The position numbers were made by a program, and so were the translations under genes. The notes beneath the pieces were generated by a model. The model worked only from the letters and a program-made list of their open reading frames with translations. It ran no database searches and had not been told where the DNA came from. Positions 1 through 13,100 of a DNA stretch of 64,000 nucleotides are shown here, one piece after another. Each line of letters starts with the position of its first letter. Position 1 is the first letter of the stretch. Source of the stretch: Botryllus schlosseri (taxonomy: Eukaryota); the NCBI GenBank assembly GCA_051294905.1, contig CM119379.1, positions 16,368,001 through 16,432,000 on the forward strand, in the 5' to 3' direction.

Positions 1-901
1 AGTCACCTTTTTCGTATGACTTGACTTGACTCGAGTCACTTCGCTAAAATGACTTGACTTGACTTGACTCGGCGTATCAGAAATGTGGATTGACTCGTGA
101 CTCGGAGCAAAATTCACGAGTCAATTTCAAGTCATCAAGTAATCGGCATTGATAAAAATCACTTTATCTTGCTTATGTTCGGATTGTTCGCGAAAAGGTG
201 GTGTAACCCGTGAAAGTGAACAATCATTCAATGATTGTGCGTTTTACTGAGCCTCCATTGTTCTCTCACAAATAAATTGACTACTAACGAAGTGATCGAA
301 GCCTACATAGTACGTTGGCGTAAACTAGTAATAAGGTCATTTAACAGCAAGATATATATTTATGTTCTCTGTTCTTACCTCAACCAAACCTCTTGTTTTA
401 TTGAAATTGAAAGATGATTTAGTTTCTATACTCATACACCATTGGCGCAGACTCGATTTGTATCATATCAATATTTATAAAGGGGTAATGTATTGCATCT
501 TAGCAAGTCGTTTCTCTATTCTCTATTTTGACTGGTGACTAATAACTGAGGCTATGCAATTACTTACATAGTTCAACAGTTCTACGTATATGTGAGCGAT
601 ACAACGCCGTATTGCGTGTATATTAACTTTATATTCGTTCATCGATTCAGAATCAATGGCCACTCAATCTGTAATTCAGACAGCTAGCAAAACGCAATGA
701 CGTAATCATGCTTCCTACTTCGAAAAGGCAACTTAACTTGAATTGTGACTTGACTCGAGACTTGACTTGACTCGACTCGACTTGACTCGAGTCACCTCCA
801 AAAATCTCGAGTCACCTTCGAAAATCGATTGACTTGACTTGACTCGAGTCAAAATGTGCAATGACTCGTGACTCGAAGGTAGTGACTTGATCCCAACATT
901 G
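1..901. mobile_element. GACTC/CTCGAG-rich hAT-type MITE sequence (CAGTGTTGGGA-terminus subfamily); left end outside window
   Basis: Blocks of GACTTGACTCGAGTC at 1-140 and 733-900 ending in TCCCAACATTG (891-901), the same terminus as the copy at 32288-32735. Confidence 0.7.
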
Positions 902-1110
902 ATTAATACTTGAAGTTGGTCATGCTCAAGATTGATCTGATTGTAGCCTACGTATGTGCGGTTAATTTCGATATGAAGTCGTACATAGGGACCGAAACGG
1001 AAGTAATACACGGTCTTGGCAATTTCTAGCCTCCGCATGTCTTCTATCTCACTTAAGATTTTGACCAATTTTCATCCAAATTCAACTTAACAATTTGAAC
1101 CCTCGATTAC

Positions 1111-4100
1111 TTCAGTAGAATCCGTTGTCACGGCGTGATTCAGTTCTCCCACAACCAATTTGCAAACGTCGCATTGAGTGCTCTCCAGTCTTACGTCGGT
1201 AGCAGCAACCTAACAAAGCAGAGCAATGAACATAGGTAGGAAAAGCACGTCATCAGAGGTTCAAGATGCATCTTTGCGACCAAAGCAAAATGATTAATGA
1301 CACTACAAATATATCAAATCCTTGAAGATATAATAAGTTACAGTGATACAGGAGTTATTTCAAGCGGTTTTTATGACAATTTCATATATAAAAGTGAAGC
1401 GAACTAATCCCAAAAGTACTTCTTACTGTTTTCAAAATCGCAAATACAAAATTGAGTAGTTTTATCTAAAACGAAGTGGAAGCAGTATAAAAGCAATACC
1501 ACTTGATTAAGTAGTGCAAGAAACCAAACAATATTTGGGTGCTCGGAAAACTTAGAAGTAATTTGTTACTGACCGGTGACCAACTCTGATTATGAAAGAC
1601 ATTGCTGGCTAAGATTTCGAACATTCACCTGAACGCAAAGCTTCAATTGAACGCAAACGACGTCAGGAGCAAGCTCTTTGATTAATAGCTGTACGATTTG
1701 CGGACCGTACTCTTGTACTAGACTGTCGCATTCGTCTTTGATTGAGCCCGGCAAAATGCTGCAGACTTTTTCCAATGCAGCTTCAATTTCAGACTGCGGA
1801 AAATGTCATATAAGATATTTGGTAATGCTAACATACGGTAAGTCAAGTGGTCGTAGCCCCATAACGTCAATAACTTAAATTGAATCAGGAATGGCTATTC
1901 AAGATAGTTTGGCAAGAGGATTCAAAATTGCCCTTTTTACTATTTCATGTTGTCCTGAATGAAAAACAAAACGCACGAAATGTTGTTCAATTTTCAAAAG
2001 AATATGAATTATATTACATCAGTGTTCACACAGCAAATATTTCTATCAGTAATTCCTCTTTATTGTATAAGAGAGTAACTGAATAGGCTGAATGATGTGC
2101 ACGAAGCACACGACTCCGGAAATGTCAGCGTCAACCAGACCAATAACACGTGCTGTCAGGATATCTGCGGGAGGCTCAAATATTCTTTATCGGATAAGGT
2201 ATCCAAAATGATAATTAAGAAGCACGAGTACAATGAACAAGCAAGGACATTATAATAAGAGAATAAAAAAAATATCTGCTTCACCTCTGTTGAATCCTTT
2301 GACACCAGTTGATCAAGTTCTTGAGCTACCAATTTACAGACATCACATTCCGTGCTATCTTGCACTTCAGCCACTACAACCTATTTAAAAAATAAAGACC
2401 GTATTAACCCAAGAAAATAGTGTAATGCTGGTTTTTGTGATCACCTCTGTATTGCTTCCACCGCATAGCTTCAATTCTTGGCAAATTGTGTCAGGAGCAA
2501 GTTCTTTCACCAAAAGTTGAACAATAGCGTCGCCGTATTCACTCACTAGACTCTGGCACGTAGACTTGATAGATGACGGCAAAATGCCACACACATCATC
2601 AAGCGCTTTTTCGATTTCAGCCTGCGGGTTCAAATACAAATATTGCGCAGACTGTCTCAAATAACTTTGTATTTCCATATCTGATTGAAACATTTTTAGT
2701 CTGATTCAACAAATACGAAGGCATAATTCAACGCTGTTATTTTTACTTTTGATCGGGTAACATTTAACAATACTTTGTATGTACTGAACATATTCCTCCT
2801 GTCCTTTGATGTCTTTGTTTTTTAATTATCCATACAGAGAATAATTTCAAGGATTCCTACTTTTGACCAGAAAACGCCATCAAATATTTGACAATTTCTC
2901 CGAATACCCAAAGGGCACATTTTTTTTCTTTCTAGTCAAGCAATGAAAAAAAGTCCTTACCTCCGTGGAATCTTTCGACACCAATTGATCAAGTTCCTGA
3001 GCTACCAATTTGCAGACATCACATTCCGTGCTATCCTGCACTTCAGCCGCTATAACCTATTTTGAAACAAACACCATGCTAACCCGAGGGACTTGTGCAC
3101 CGTGATGGTTTTTGCGATCACCTCAGTACTGCTTTGACCGCATAACTTCAATTCTTTGCAAACGGCATCGGGAGAGAGCTCTTTCACCAAAAGTTGAACA
3201 ATGAGGTCCCCATATTCACTCACTAGACTCTGGCATGTAGACTTGATGGATGACGGCAAAATGCTACACACATCCTCTAGTGCTTTTTCGATTTCAGCCT
3301 AAATGCCAATAAATGTATCAAGTCTTTGAGTAAAATAATTTATTAATATTTAGTATAACATCATAAGAGCATGAATGACGGGGAAAGTTGACATAGATTA
3401 CTTTTCTGCGACCGAGAAGAATATGATGACAGTTCTATAGCACATTCAATAAAATTTGGCATTTTCGATAATACCTATATCATTCCACTTTGTGACAATG
3501 CTGCAAGTTTATCACGACCTTACAGCAATGTTATTTCCACTCATTCTTTGTGCTACATGTTTTATATGCTGTGATACGATCAATCATGCTTTAGTACTTC
3601 CACGGTGGAAAATATTATCAAAATTATAATATTGTTGATAGATTAAGTCTTAGCGAAAAGGGGTGTATGATTTAAGTACTCGATTAATCATCAGATACTA
3701 CTCAGCTCAATTCATTACAATTAATCCCCGTAAAGATCGGAGTGCTCAAATTATTGTGTAAGTATCATATGTGAGTAACAGTGGATAATACTTGACTAGT
3801 TCTGTCGACAGACGGCGGGACTCATTGCCATCTTATCATGTAGAGCATACTACAAATTCACAGATGAGAATAATTCTCTCCTTTTCCAACAACGATAGAA
3901 GAAAGTCCTTACCTCAGTTGAATCTTTTGACACTAGTTTATCGAGCTCTTGGGCAAGCAATTTGCAAACATCACATTCCGTGCTATCCTGAACTTTGAGA
4001 GCTACAACCTGTTTGGAAACACCATGTTAACCAAAGAAAATTGTGCATTCTGGCCTCTGTGATCACCTCAGTACTGCTTTCACTGCATAGCTTCAATTCT

Positions 4101-7100
4101 TGGCAAATGGCATCAGGAGAGAGTTCCTTCACCAGAAGTTGAACAATGAGGTCCCCATATTCACTCACTAGACTCTGGCATGTTGACTTGATGGATGACG
4201 GCAAAATGCCACACACATCCTCTAGTGCTTTTTCGATTTCAGCCTATAATATGATAGATGTGTTAATCGTCTGTGATGAGTCACAACAAGTCTGATTGTT
4301 CCAGACTATTTTTAAACTATGTACATGTGGAGTTACAAATGCATTATTTTCTATATCTAATTGAAGAACCATATCTGGTTTGAGTAATACCGGTACTTGC
4401 TCTATTTTCTCTAATGATTATACTGTGTTATTGACTACTGACTTTGACTACTTCTGTCATAGATACATACCGTATAACTATATACTGTATAGTTGTATAC
4501 ATCTCTTAGTTCTGTGAACTCATGCCTCCTTAATTATCAAGAAGCGTTGTAATCAAGTCACAAAGCTCCAAGTCACAAGTCAATTTCATTTTTATAGTCG
4601 AGTCAAGTCGAGTCATTTTCAATTCACCACCGAGTCAAGTCCGAGTCCAAGTCAGTGGGCAGAGGGTTGAGTCCGAGTCATGGTATTATGACTCGAGTCC
4701 GAGTCCAAGTCAATGTGTTGGCTGCTCAGTTTCCAGTTAAAGTTTTGTTAAACGCACTTTTTATAACTTTGTTTGGTGATATCTAAGGCAAGTTTTTGTT
4801 GCACTAAAATCGCGAGAATGTTGCACTTAATTCTAACAAAAATTGCAGTAAAAATCACTCATTTACATTTTCACGCAATATTTGATAAAAGTTGCAGTAA
4901 AATTTGACATGAAAACCAGAGAAAAAGTTGCAAAAAGTTGCACTATAAAATCCCTCCAAACAGCTAACACATCATAGTACATAGATTCCGAGTATCTAGG
5001 AAGCTGTCGGAAGATGTATAAAAAGGTTGCAAATGTTGCAATAACTTGCCCTAGTGACATCAAATGGTTTTCATTTTTAATATATTCATTTCTCTCACTT
5101 TTAGCAGTTTCTGGTCGCATTTTCAAATACCAGTACTAAAAGACGAATTCGCAATAGTATGGTTAAATTACTCTTCTTCAAAATTACAATGAAATGTTGG
5201 TGTTGGCCATCTGGGTATCAGGTCATCAGAAAATCATGACTCGGGTCATTACAACCCAGTTTTGGAGACATTATTTTTGCAATGTCTATCTAGGCTAGAC
5301 AATGATAATTTACAGACATTTCTAGTTCCTAATCGATCATGATTTTTAATCCCCAGATTTCTCAATATACCCGATGGACGAGATTATATTCTTTATAATC
5401 CAGTAATGATAAACGGATAGATAATACCTCCGTGGAATCCTTGGAAATCAATTTATCAAGTTCTTGAGCAAGCAATTTGCAGACATCACATTCCGTGCTA
5501 TCTTGCACTTCAACAGCTACAACCTATTTTGAAAAAAAAACTGTCAACCAAAGAAAATTGTGCACCATAATGTGTTTTGTGATCACCTCAGTATCGCTCT
5601 GACCGCAGAGTTTTAATTCTTTGCAAACGGCATCGGGAGAGAGCTCTTTTACCAAAAGTTGGACAATAGCGTCACCGTATTCATCAACCAGACTCTGGCA
5701 GGTAGTCTTGATCGATGACGGCAATATGCCGCACACACCCTCCAATGCTTTTTTGATTTCAGCCTACAATATGATGAATGTGTACCTTGTCTGTGATAAG
5801 TCACAAAAGTCCAGGCCAGGCTGTTCCAGGGTAATTTTTATGCTAAGTAAAGATGGAGTTCCAAATTTATTATTGAAGAAACTTTCTGCCTGGTTTGAGA
5901 AATACTTGCTCCATTTTTCCTCGGCAGGATCATATTGTTATTGGAAAATACTTTGGCTACTTCTATGGATGCGCTACTGTATAGTCGTATACATCCCTTA
6001 GTTCTGTGCACTCATTCCTAGATCATCTTGGAGGCATTATTTTTGGAATGTATATCTAGGCTAAAAGTTGATAATTTACGGACATTGGCAGTTACCATTT
6101 CACCATGATTTTTAATGCAGAGATTTCTCATCATCCCAGTAGGACAAGAGAATAATCTCTATAATGTAGCGACGAGGAACAAAGCCATTACCTCCGTGGA
6201 ATCCTTCGAAATCACTTTATCAAGTTCTTGAGCAAGCAATTTACAGACATCACATTCCGTGCTATCTTGCACTTCAGCAGCTACCACCTTTATGAAAAAT
6301 AAACACGGCCTTTACCCGAGAAAGTTGTGCGGCATGTTGTGCTTTGTGATTACCTCTGTGTAACTTTGACCGCATAACTTCAATTCTTTGCAAACGGCAT
6401 CGGGAGAGAGTTCCTTCACCAAAAGTTGAACAATGAGGTCACCGTATTCGCTCACTAGACTCTGGCATGTAGACTTGATGGATGACGGCAAAATGCCGCA
6501 CACATCCTCTAGTGCTTTCTCAATTTCAGCCTGCAAGACGATAAATGCGTACATTATCTCTGATAAGTCTTCATAAGACCGTTGAAATCTAGTTTCAAGC
6601 TATATGCATGTGGACTCGTGGAGTTTCAAAATGAGCCATTTTCCGAGTCTAATTGAAGTGATTTTCATCTTGTTTGGCGAGAAACCTACTTGTCGTATTT
6701 GCTCGCAACAGAATTGAACACAGTTATTTCTACTTCTATGCGAGTAGCGGTGAACGATACTTTGTGACTAGTTCGTCTACGGAAACTTTTCTATTTTATG
6801 GTGGAACATTATTTTGGAAGTATTTATAAATCAGTTCAGTTCAGTGATAATTCTAACATAAGAATTTTGACAAAATGCACAGATAGGAGAGTGTCGCAAT
6901 GACCAAGTTTCAACAATGGCAATAATCCTAATTATATTTGGATTTTCAATTCATAATTGTGTCGTACCATTCAGTGATCCAAACACTGATGCTGGATTTT
7001 GAATGATTTCGAACCTTGCATTAATCGGAAGATGTCGCTGAATTAAGTGCAACTGGTGAATGCGTGTAGCTGTGCCATTGGTTTTTTATTTTGATTATAG

Positions 7101-10100
7101 ACAGGTATGCTTGGGCAAAGCTCAAGTGGGGTAATCGAAGGGATTAGGCAACGAAATAGCTAAAATATATATGTGGTACATGCTACCATTGCTCATGATT
7201 ATGTTCAATCAAATATTCATCTGGAAATTTTTTCGCGGCCCTCGCAATTCAAGTCCAGTTCATAATTATCTGTGTATAGCCCAATTCCATATTTGAGAAG
7301 TGTCTTAACATTCATAAATTCTTCCAAACAACAGGGGTACCTAATGTCCTTTAGGAGGATTTTTCCTTTTTCAGTAAGTCAAAAAGTCCTCCTAGGACGC
7401 CTAAATCAGGGTTGCCATACTTCCGGAATTTCCCGGACATGTACGGAATTTCACTGAAAAATCTGCGTCCGGGAAGAATTTCTAAAATATGCATAAATGT
7501 TCGGAATTTTGAAGGCTTGATGCAGGCTCGAAAGTTTTTCGTAAATCAACATAAACAATACTATTTTCAAGCAGATTTATACTATTCAAAATTATTCTTC
7601 GCGACGCGCGCGAGTTAATGCAACGTATAATGATATTAGTATGGGCACCATGCACCACCCTCTCCGAAAATTGCAATCAAAAGAAATATAAATAACCATC
7701 ATTTACTGAAATAAGTCTGATTGTGATCGCCATTATAAGCTAACGGTATATTCCTAGAGTTGATTAAGGCCGATTGGATGCTTCAATCACAGACAGTGGT
7801 TCCAAATCTTGGGGTCGTACGGCTTTATCTGGCGATCGCGATGATCTTGAGCTTTGCCACGGAGCATTTTCGAGTGGGAAATGAAGTCGCGGCCATAAAA
7901 GGTTGGAAATCACCGGATGTGCAACCTGCTGGTGCATTTTATAGTAGTCTAATATATGGAAGAATCAATATTATTGACAAAATTCATAGATAAAATTTAA
8001 TAGCCAAATGCATATCGTATGTGCCGAACAAGTTACATCGACTATCCTATGGTGGGCCCAAGATCAGTGCTTTTTTGGGCGGAAGGAGGGGGGAGGAGAA
8101 AAAAATGTTGTTTCGGATATGATTAAAACACATATACCGATAGCCCACCGACCTAACAGTATAGCAGGACTGCCAATCACAATCCTGACAGTCCAGACAC
8201 GGCCCGTCAGATGATTTCAGCCGGCCCGTGGAGAAGTTTATTGCAGACCCTAGCAAGTAGCAATCACCAGAGCTCACATTACAAATGGCCTAATTCATGA
8301 CCTATGTTTCACTCCATTCCTGTATAGTGTGTACAGTCGATGGGCAATGCTTTGCCAGCGTGACGTCATATTGACGGTCAATGAGTTACACCTCATTTTA
8401 AAATCCGCTGGTGGGCGCTAAAAAGAGTCCGGAATTTGCTTCACAAAAATATGGTAACCATAGCCTAACTATCCTCTTTTTTTTTGGAAATTCGTTCTCC
8501 TTCATAGCTTTGACAGCCAGTCCAATGAACAGGATGAACTACAAAACGGCATAAAATAAGTGAAATGTGTAATGCGGACGTTCAAGCGGGTCATTGAGAT
8601 TGCAAACATTCAGGTTGCAAGTCATAAAAAATTTGAGAACCACTGGCCTAGAACATGTAAATACTAATCATCCACACTGAATCAAAAGTTAGATTCTTTT
8701 CTTTTTGGAGATTGATACTCTTTTATCAAATTCACAGATGAATTAAAACACTTGCTAATTGAAGAATCATAAAATGAAGTCTATACCTCAGTTGAATCTT
8801 TCGAAACCAGTTTATCGAGCTCTTGAGTAAGCAATTTGCAGACATCGCATTCTGTGCTATCTTGCACTTTAGAGACTTCGGTCTTTTGCATTGAAAAAAA
8901 GCACCATGGTAAGCCAAGTAATTGTGCACCTAAGTGTCTTTTATCATCACCTCTGTATTGCTTTGGCCGCACAGTTTCAATTCCTGGCATATGGCGTCGG
9001 GAGAAAGCTCTTTTACCAAAAGTTGGACAATGGCATCACCATATTCACTCACTAGACTCTGGCATGTTGACTTGATGGATGACGGCAAAATTCCACACAC
9101 ATCCTCTAGTGCTTTTTCGATTTCGGCCTGCAAAATCGTAAAAGTCGGTAAGAAGATTACTGAAAGTCATAAAAATGTTGCGGTAATAAGCAATGGACTG
9201 ACTAACAAATTAATGAAGTTTTCTAGTCTTGCATAAATGTCTATATTATATGATGCTGTTTAAAAATAAGGATTTATTGATTACATTGACTGACTCTAGG
9301 TAACAATAAGAAATCTCGGCCCTAAACAGGAATAAAATCATTTCTGTGACCGCCCTATTTAGCTGTGTTTTCAATTTCTTACGCCATATGATAGTATTGA
9401 GCTATTTTAATTGAAAGACACCATTCTGTTGCAGCTGAAGTACCAGAATATTCTCGCAATAATAACATTTAAAATTTGAAATCATTTTATCAGATGGGGC
9501 CAAAACACAGATAGGAGAAATCAGTTCATATCATGAGCCCAAGTATTTCAAAACGGTTACCTCTGTAGAATCCTTCGATATAACTTTGTCAAGTTCTTGA
9601 GCTAACAATTTGCAAACATCGCATTCAGTGCTGTCCCCAACTCTGCTGTTTACTACCTGTTTTTCATAACAACAAACTAGTGGAAACAAAGAAATTGTGC
9701 AAGTACAGCCAGTGCAATTCACCTGTTGAGTATTCTGTCCACACAGTTTCAATTGTACACATATCACATCGGGTGCGAGTTCGTTGACCAGCATTTGGAC
9801 AATCTGAGGTCCGTATTCCTCGACGAGACTGTCACATTCGGTTTTGATGGCGGCTGGCAAAATGCCGCAGACATCCTCCAAAGCTTGTTCTATTTCGGAC
9901 TAGAAAAAATTCAGTTTGAAAAGGTTTGCATCGAAAGGTTATAAATTTTATTGCACCATAAATCAGGTACGGCTTTCAAAAGTACATTCATGATAAATGT
10001 TTATTGAGACACCAAGAACTTTTTGCGTGCCACTTATCAAGAGCTACCGGCACGGTAAAGGAAATAAAACGGTGTTGAATTCAAAACCAAATGGATAATT

Positions 10101-13100
10101 ATGACGCAATAATGTTGAATTTATGAATAACATCAATGAATCAATGAACATAGCAACAATGCAGCGTATAGCAACATGTAGCGTAAAACAGTAATGCGAG
10201 CTTGAGACACAGATTATACAACTAACGTAGCAAATGTAATATTACAAAGGAACAAGAAACGGTGTTTGATAGCAAGACGCACAACAGCTACACAAAGGCA
10301 ACTAGTGGAAAATATTTTGGTTTGGACCGGATTGTTAAGTTTAATGAAAGTCGATTCCAATGCTGTTAAGTGGAATGGAGATCTGGCCTTGGACAGATAG
10401 GTTGGTCATTGGACAATGTGCAGGTATTTGAGAGAAAGCCACCCGAGGACAGTCAAGATTTGATTGAAATGGTGGGAGTGGATATTTTTCCAGTACCAGC
10501 TGAGTGGTCGTTCAATACCACACGCATTATGCAACTATGAATTGAATGATTTATAGTCCATGGAAAATATTAATAAATCCCTTTAGCGCATATCATACTA
10601 CTTCCATCGAAGATCAGAAAATTGTAGGAAAAGTATCAATTACATGTACTTTTTGACTTGATTCAATGAAAATTCCATGGTTGTGCCCAATTATATCACT
10701 GGTGAGCGGAAAAAATCAGCTGGCACGACCAGCCATATAAATATAACTCACTTCAGTTGAGCTTTTACTGACAAGACTGTCAAGTTCTTTTGCAACCAAT
10801 TGGCATACCTCGCAATCTACGTTCTCCTGAATTATCTGAATGAAGCAAAGTTCAATGTCTCAATTAGAAAATAACTGTGATGGTTAACAAACCGGGTTTG
10901 AATCTTTCCGATCGGTGAATTCCAGCTCCATCAAGACTGGAAGCAAAGCGATTTCTACCTCGGTCATGTGTGCGGTACAGAATTCCAGAGAAGTGCAAGC
11001 CTCTGCCACGTCCTAACAGAATTTTATGGGAATTTTAGAGGTAGCAACGGTCCAGCACAAAAAAAATTGTTGATTCGTGAATTCGTACAAAATCAAGATT
11101 ACAGAATAAACGTAACAGTACTTCAAATCGCATTAGGATAAAGACTACCTCATAATTACTGTGGCGCAGATTAAAAACAAACATATCGATTCTAGATGAA
11201 GTATATCCTTAACCATGAATAGTTTTAATATTTTAAGCTTCAACAATTAAACAATTGCAAAGAAGGGCATTTCAATTTATTCGCTTGTATTGACGGAATC
11301 TAGTGATCAACTTTTTAGATCAATAATAATGATATAATGTGAAGGACGAGGTTGTTCTAAATCTCAATTTTTTCAACATAACCAAGCAATTTCCCAAGTG
11401 ATTAAAATGGAATAGGGGATTCCCAAATTTGCCTTCAATCCAATTCAATTTATTGCTAATAATTTCATCATTTTAATACACCACAAGACTGCGATACAAT
11501 GAAAGATAGGAAGGTGTCAAAACGACTTAGAGTAGTCGATATCAGACAACCCCCTGGCCTACGTGATGTAAAAAAAGTATTCATGCACACTGAATGAAAA
11601 GTTAGGGAGATGATATAAAAGGACAGGTGATAAAAAGGTGGCATGTGTCGGAAGGCGAGATCGAATACAGTTACACCCCTACACTAGAGTGTCTCGAGAG
11701 GAATAGACAGTTGCAATGAAGCAGAGGTTCCCAAACTATGGATCATGCCCCCTTTTTTCATTAGGGCCATGAAAAAATTTATCATCTCAAAGTCTACCAC
11801 TGTAATTCAATAAATTAAAATTTATTTAAAATACTACTACCACAATAATCTACTTCTTGAGCTTGAGTTCAGTTTACTTACTTTCTTTTACTTTTCGATT
11901 TAATAATATTATTTCAAACATTACAAAATGGCTTGGAAGTAAGATGAGTTATCATAAGTTATCTTAAGCATCTACATGACAAAGGAGTGTGCAAGTCAAA
12001 ATGTGTTTTATGTTCCACAGTTCTGCCTAATGAGTCAAAGAAACCTGGAACGCTGAAGGTTGAAAAAATACTGGGGGTCTTGATTTTTCAAAATTTTCAA
12101 AGGGGGTTAACGTGTAAAAAAGGTTGGGTACCCCTGCAGTTAAGGCTGGTTGTGATGAAGGCGATTCTCAAAGGGAGGTTCCCAAATTTCACAAAAGTAA
12201 TCCAAGATTAAAAAAAAAAACTTTCAAGATATTCTAAAAATTATTTTAATGTATGCTTTTCAGATATGCTCTTTGGAGATACGCTACAAATTTTCAAACA
12301 CAAACTTGAACGAGAGGTACTCACCATTTGTTCCAAAGATTGCCATAGCATTGGCAGGTTCTTCTTGAGCAGGCTGGCACACTGGGCAGTAAAACACACA
12401 ATAATTGCAAAGTACTTTTTGTGCTTTTGAAATTGGAAGGATTGCTGATGCTGATGATCGTCACTCGGAATGCCAAGTGAGTAATTTAAGGAATACTAAC
12501 ATGTCAAACATATTATAACGAACAATCAAGTAAGTCGATAATGATGGGTTTGAAGTCTCGAGCACAGCGGGAGTTATAACTGAATTATGCACACTGCACA
12601 TCACACTGCAAAGTGTACATTCGGTGACAACGGAACATATCTCTGATGTATTGATTAACCACACTAATTTCGCGACCAAATAGACACAGTTCAATAAACT
12701 GAACGTATATATGTATTTTGCAGGCAACCATCAAACATTAAACCGTGTCATATGACCGTACATTTACAAAGTATGCACATATTCTCGTCATGCTAATCGG
12801 AGAAAAATAAAGTACAGGTATATCATGAAAAATATCTGCTTGAGAATGCATGTTCAGAAGAAGAATTGAAACAAAAAACATCATAGTCGAAGAAATGTGC
12901 CATGATTGTGGTAACACAGTAGGCCTACCCCCTTGTGCAGAGTTAAATTACTAAAAACGCTGGACTACACAAATATGTGACTTTAACAGACCGCATATTT
13001 GCTTGCTTGCATTAATTGTAACAGAGCACACAGGGCGATTTATTAGAATTGATTAGAGAGAATACACATACATACCAATATGTGGATGTGGGCTTATTGA

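Larger units (their letters stand above)
1111..10826 (-). repeat. Tandem array of two-exon saposin modules (exon A 96 nt + exon B 177 nt), 8 complete copies plus one half copy
   Basis: A exons encode V..AEVQDSTECDVCKL.AQELD.L.SKDSTE. B exons encode AEIEKALEDVCGILPSSIKSTCQSLVSEYGD.IVQLLVKEL.PD..C.ELKLC.....TE. B-to-A introns are 58-68 nt, and intron flanks are visibly homologous between copies. Confidence 0.95.

Noticed and set aside
1-900. CRISPR-like array from GACTTGACTCGAGTC repeats
   Set aside because: Eukaryotic context, no regular unique spacers, no cas genes; these are MITE subterminal repeats.
733-1068. 111-aa minus ORF as the next prosaposin exon or a transposase
   Set aside because: No saposin Cys pattern, and the C-terminal half is translated MITE repeat.
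1590-1592. Stop codon as the definitive end of the prosaposin gene
   Set aside because: A good phase-0 donor at 1628 and a further saposin A-type exon at 1111-1209 show the gene can continue.
5621-6001. Plus-strand ORFs of 100-126 aa (also 8934-9236 and 45174-45536)
   Set aside because: Antisense shadows of real exons.
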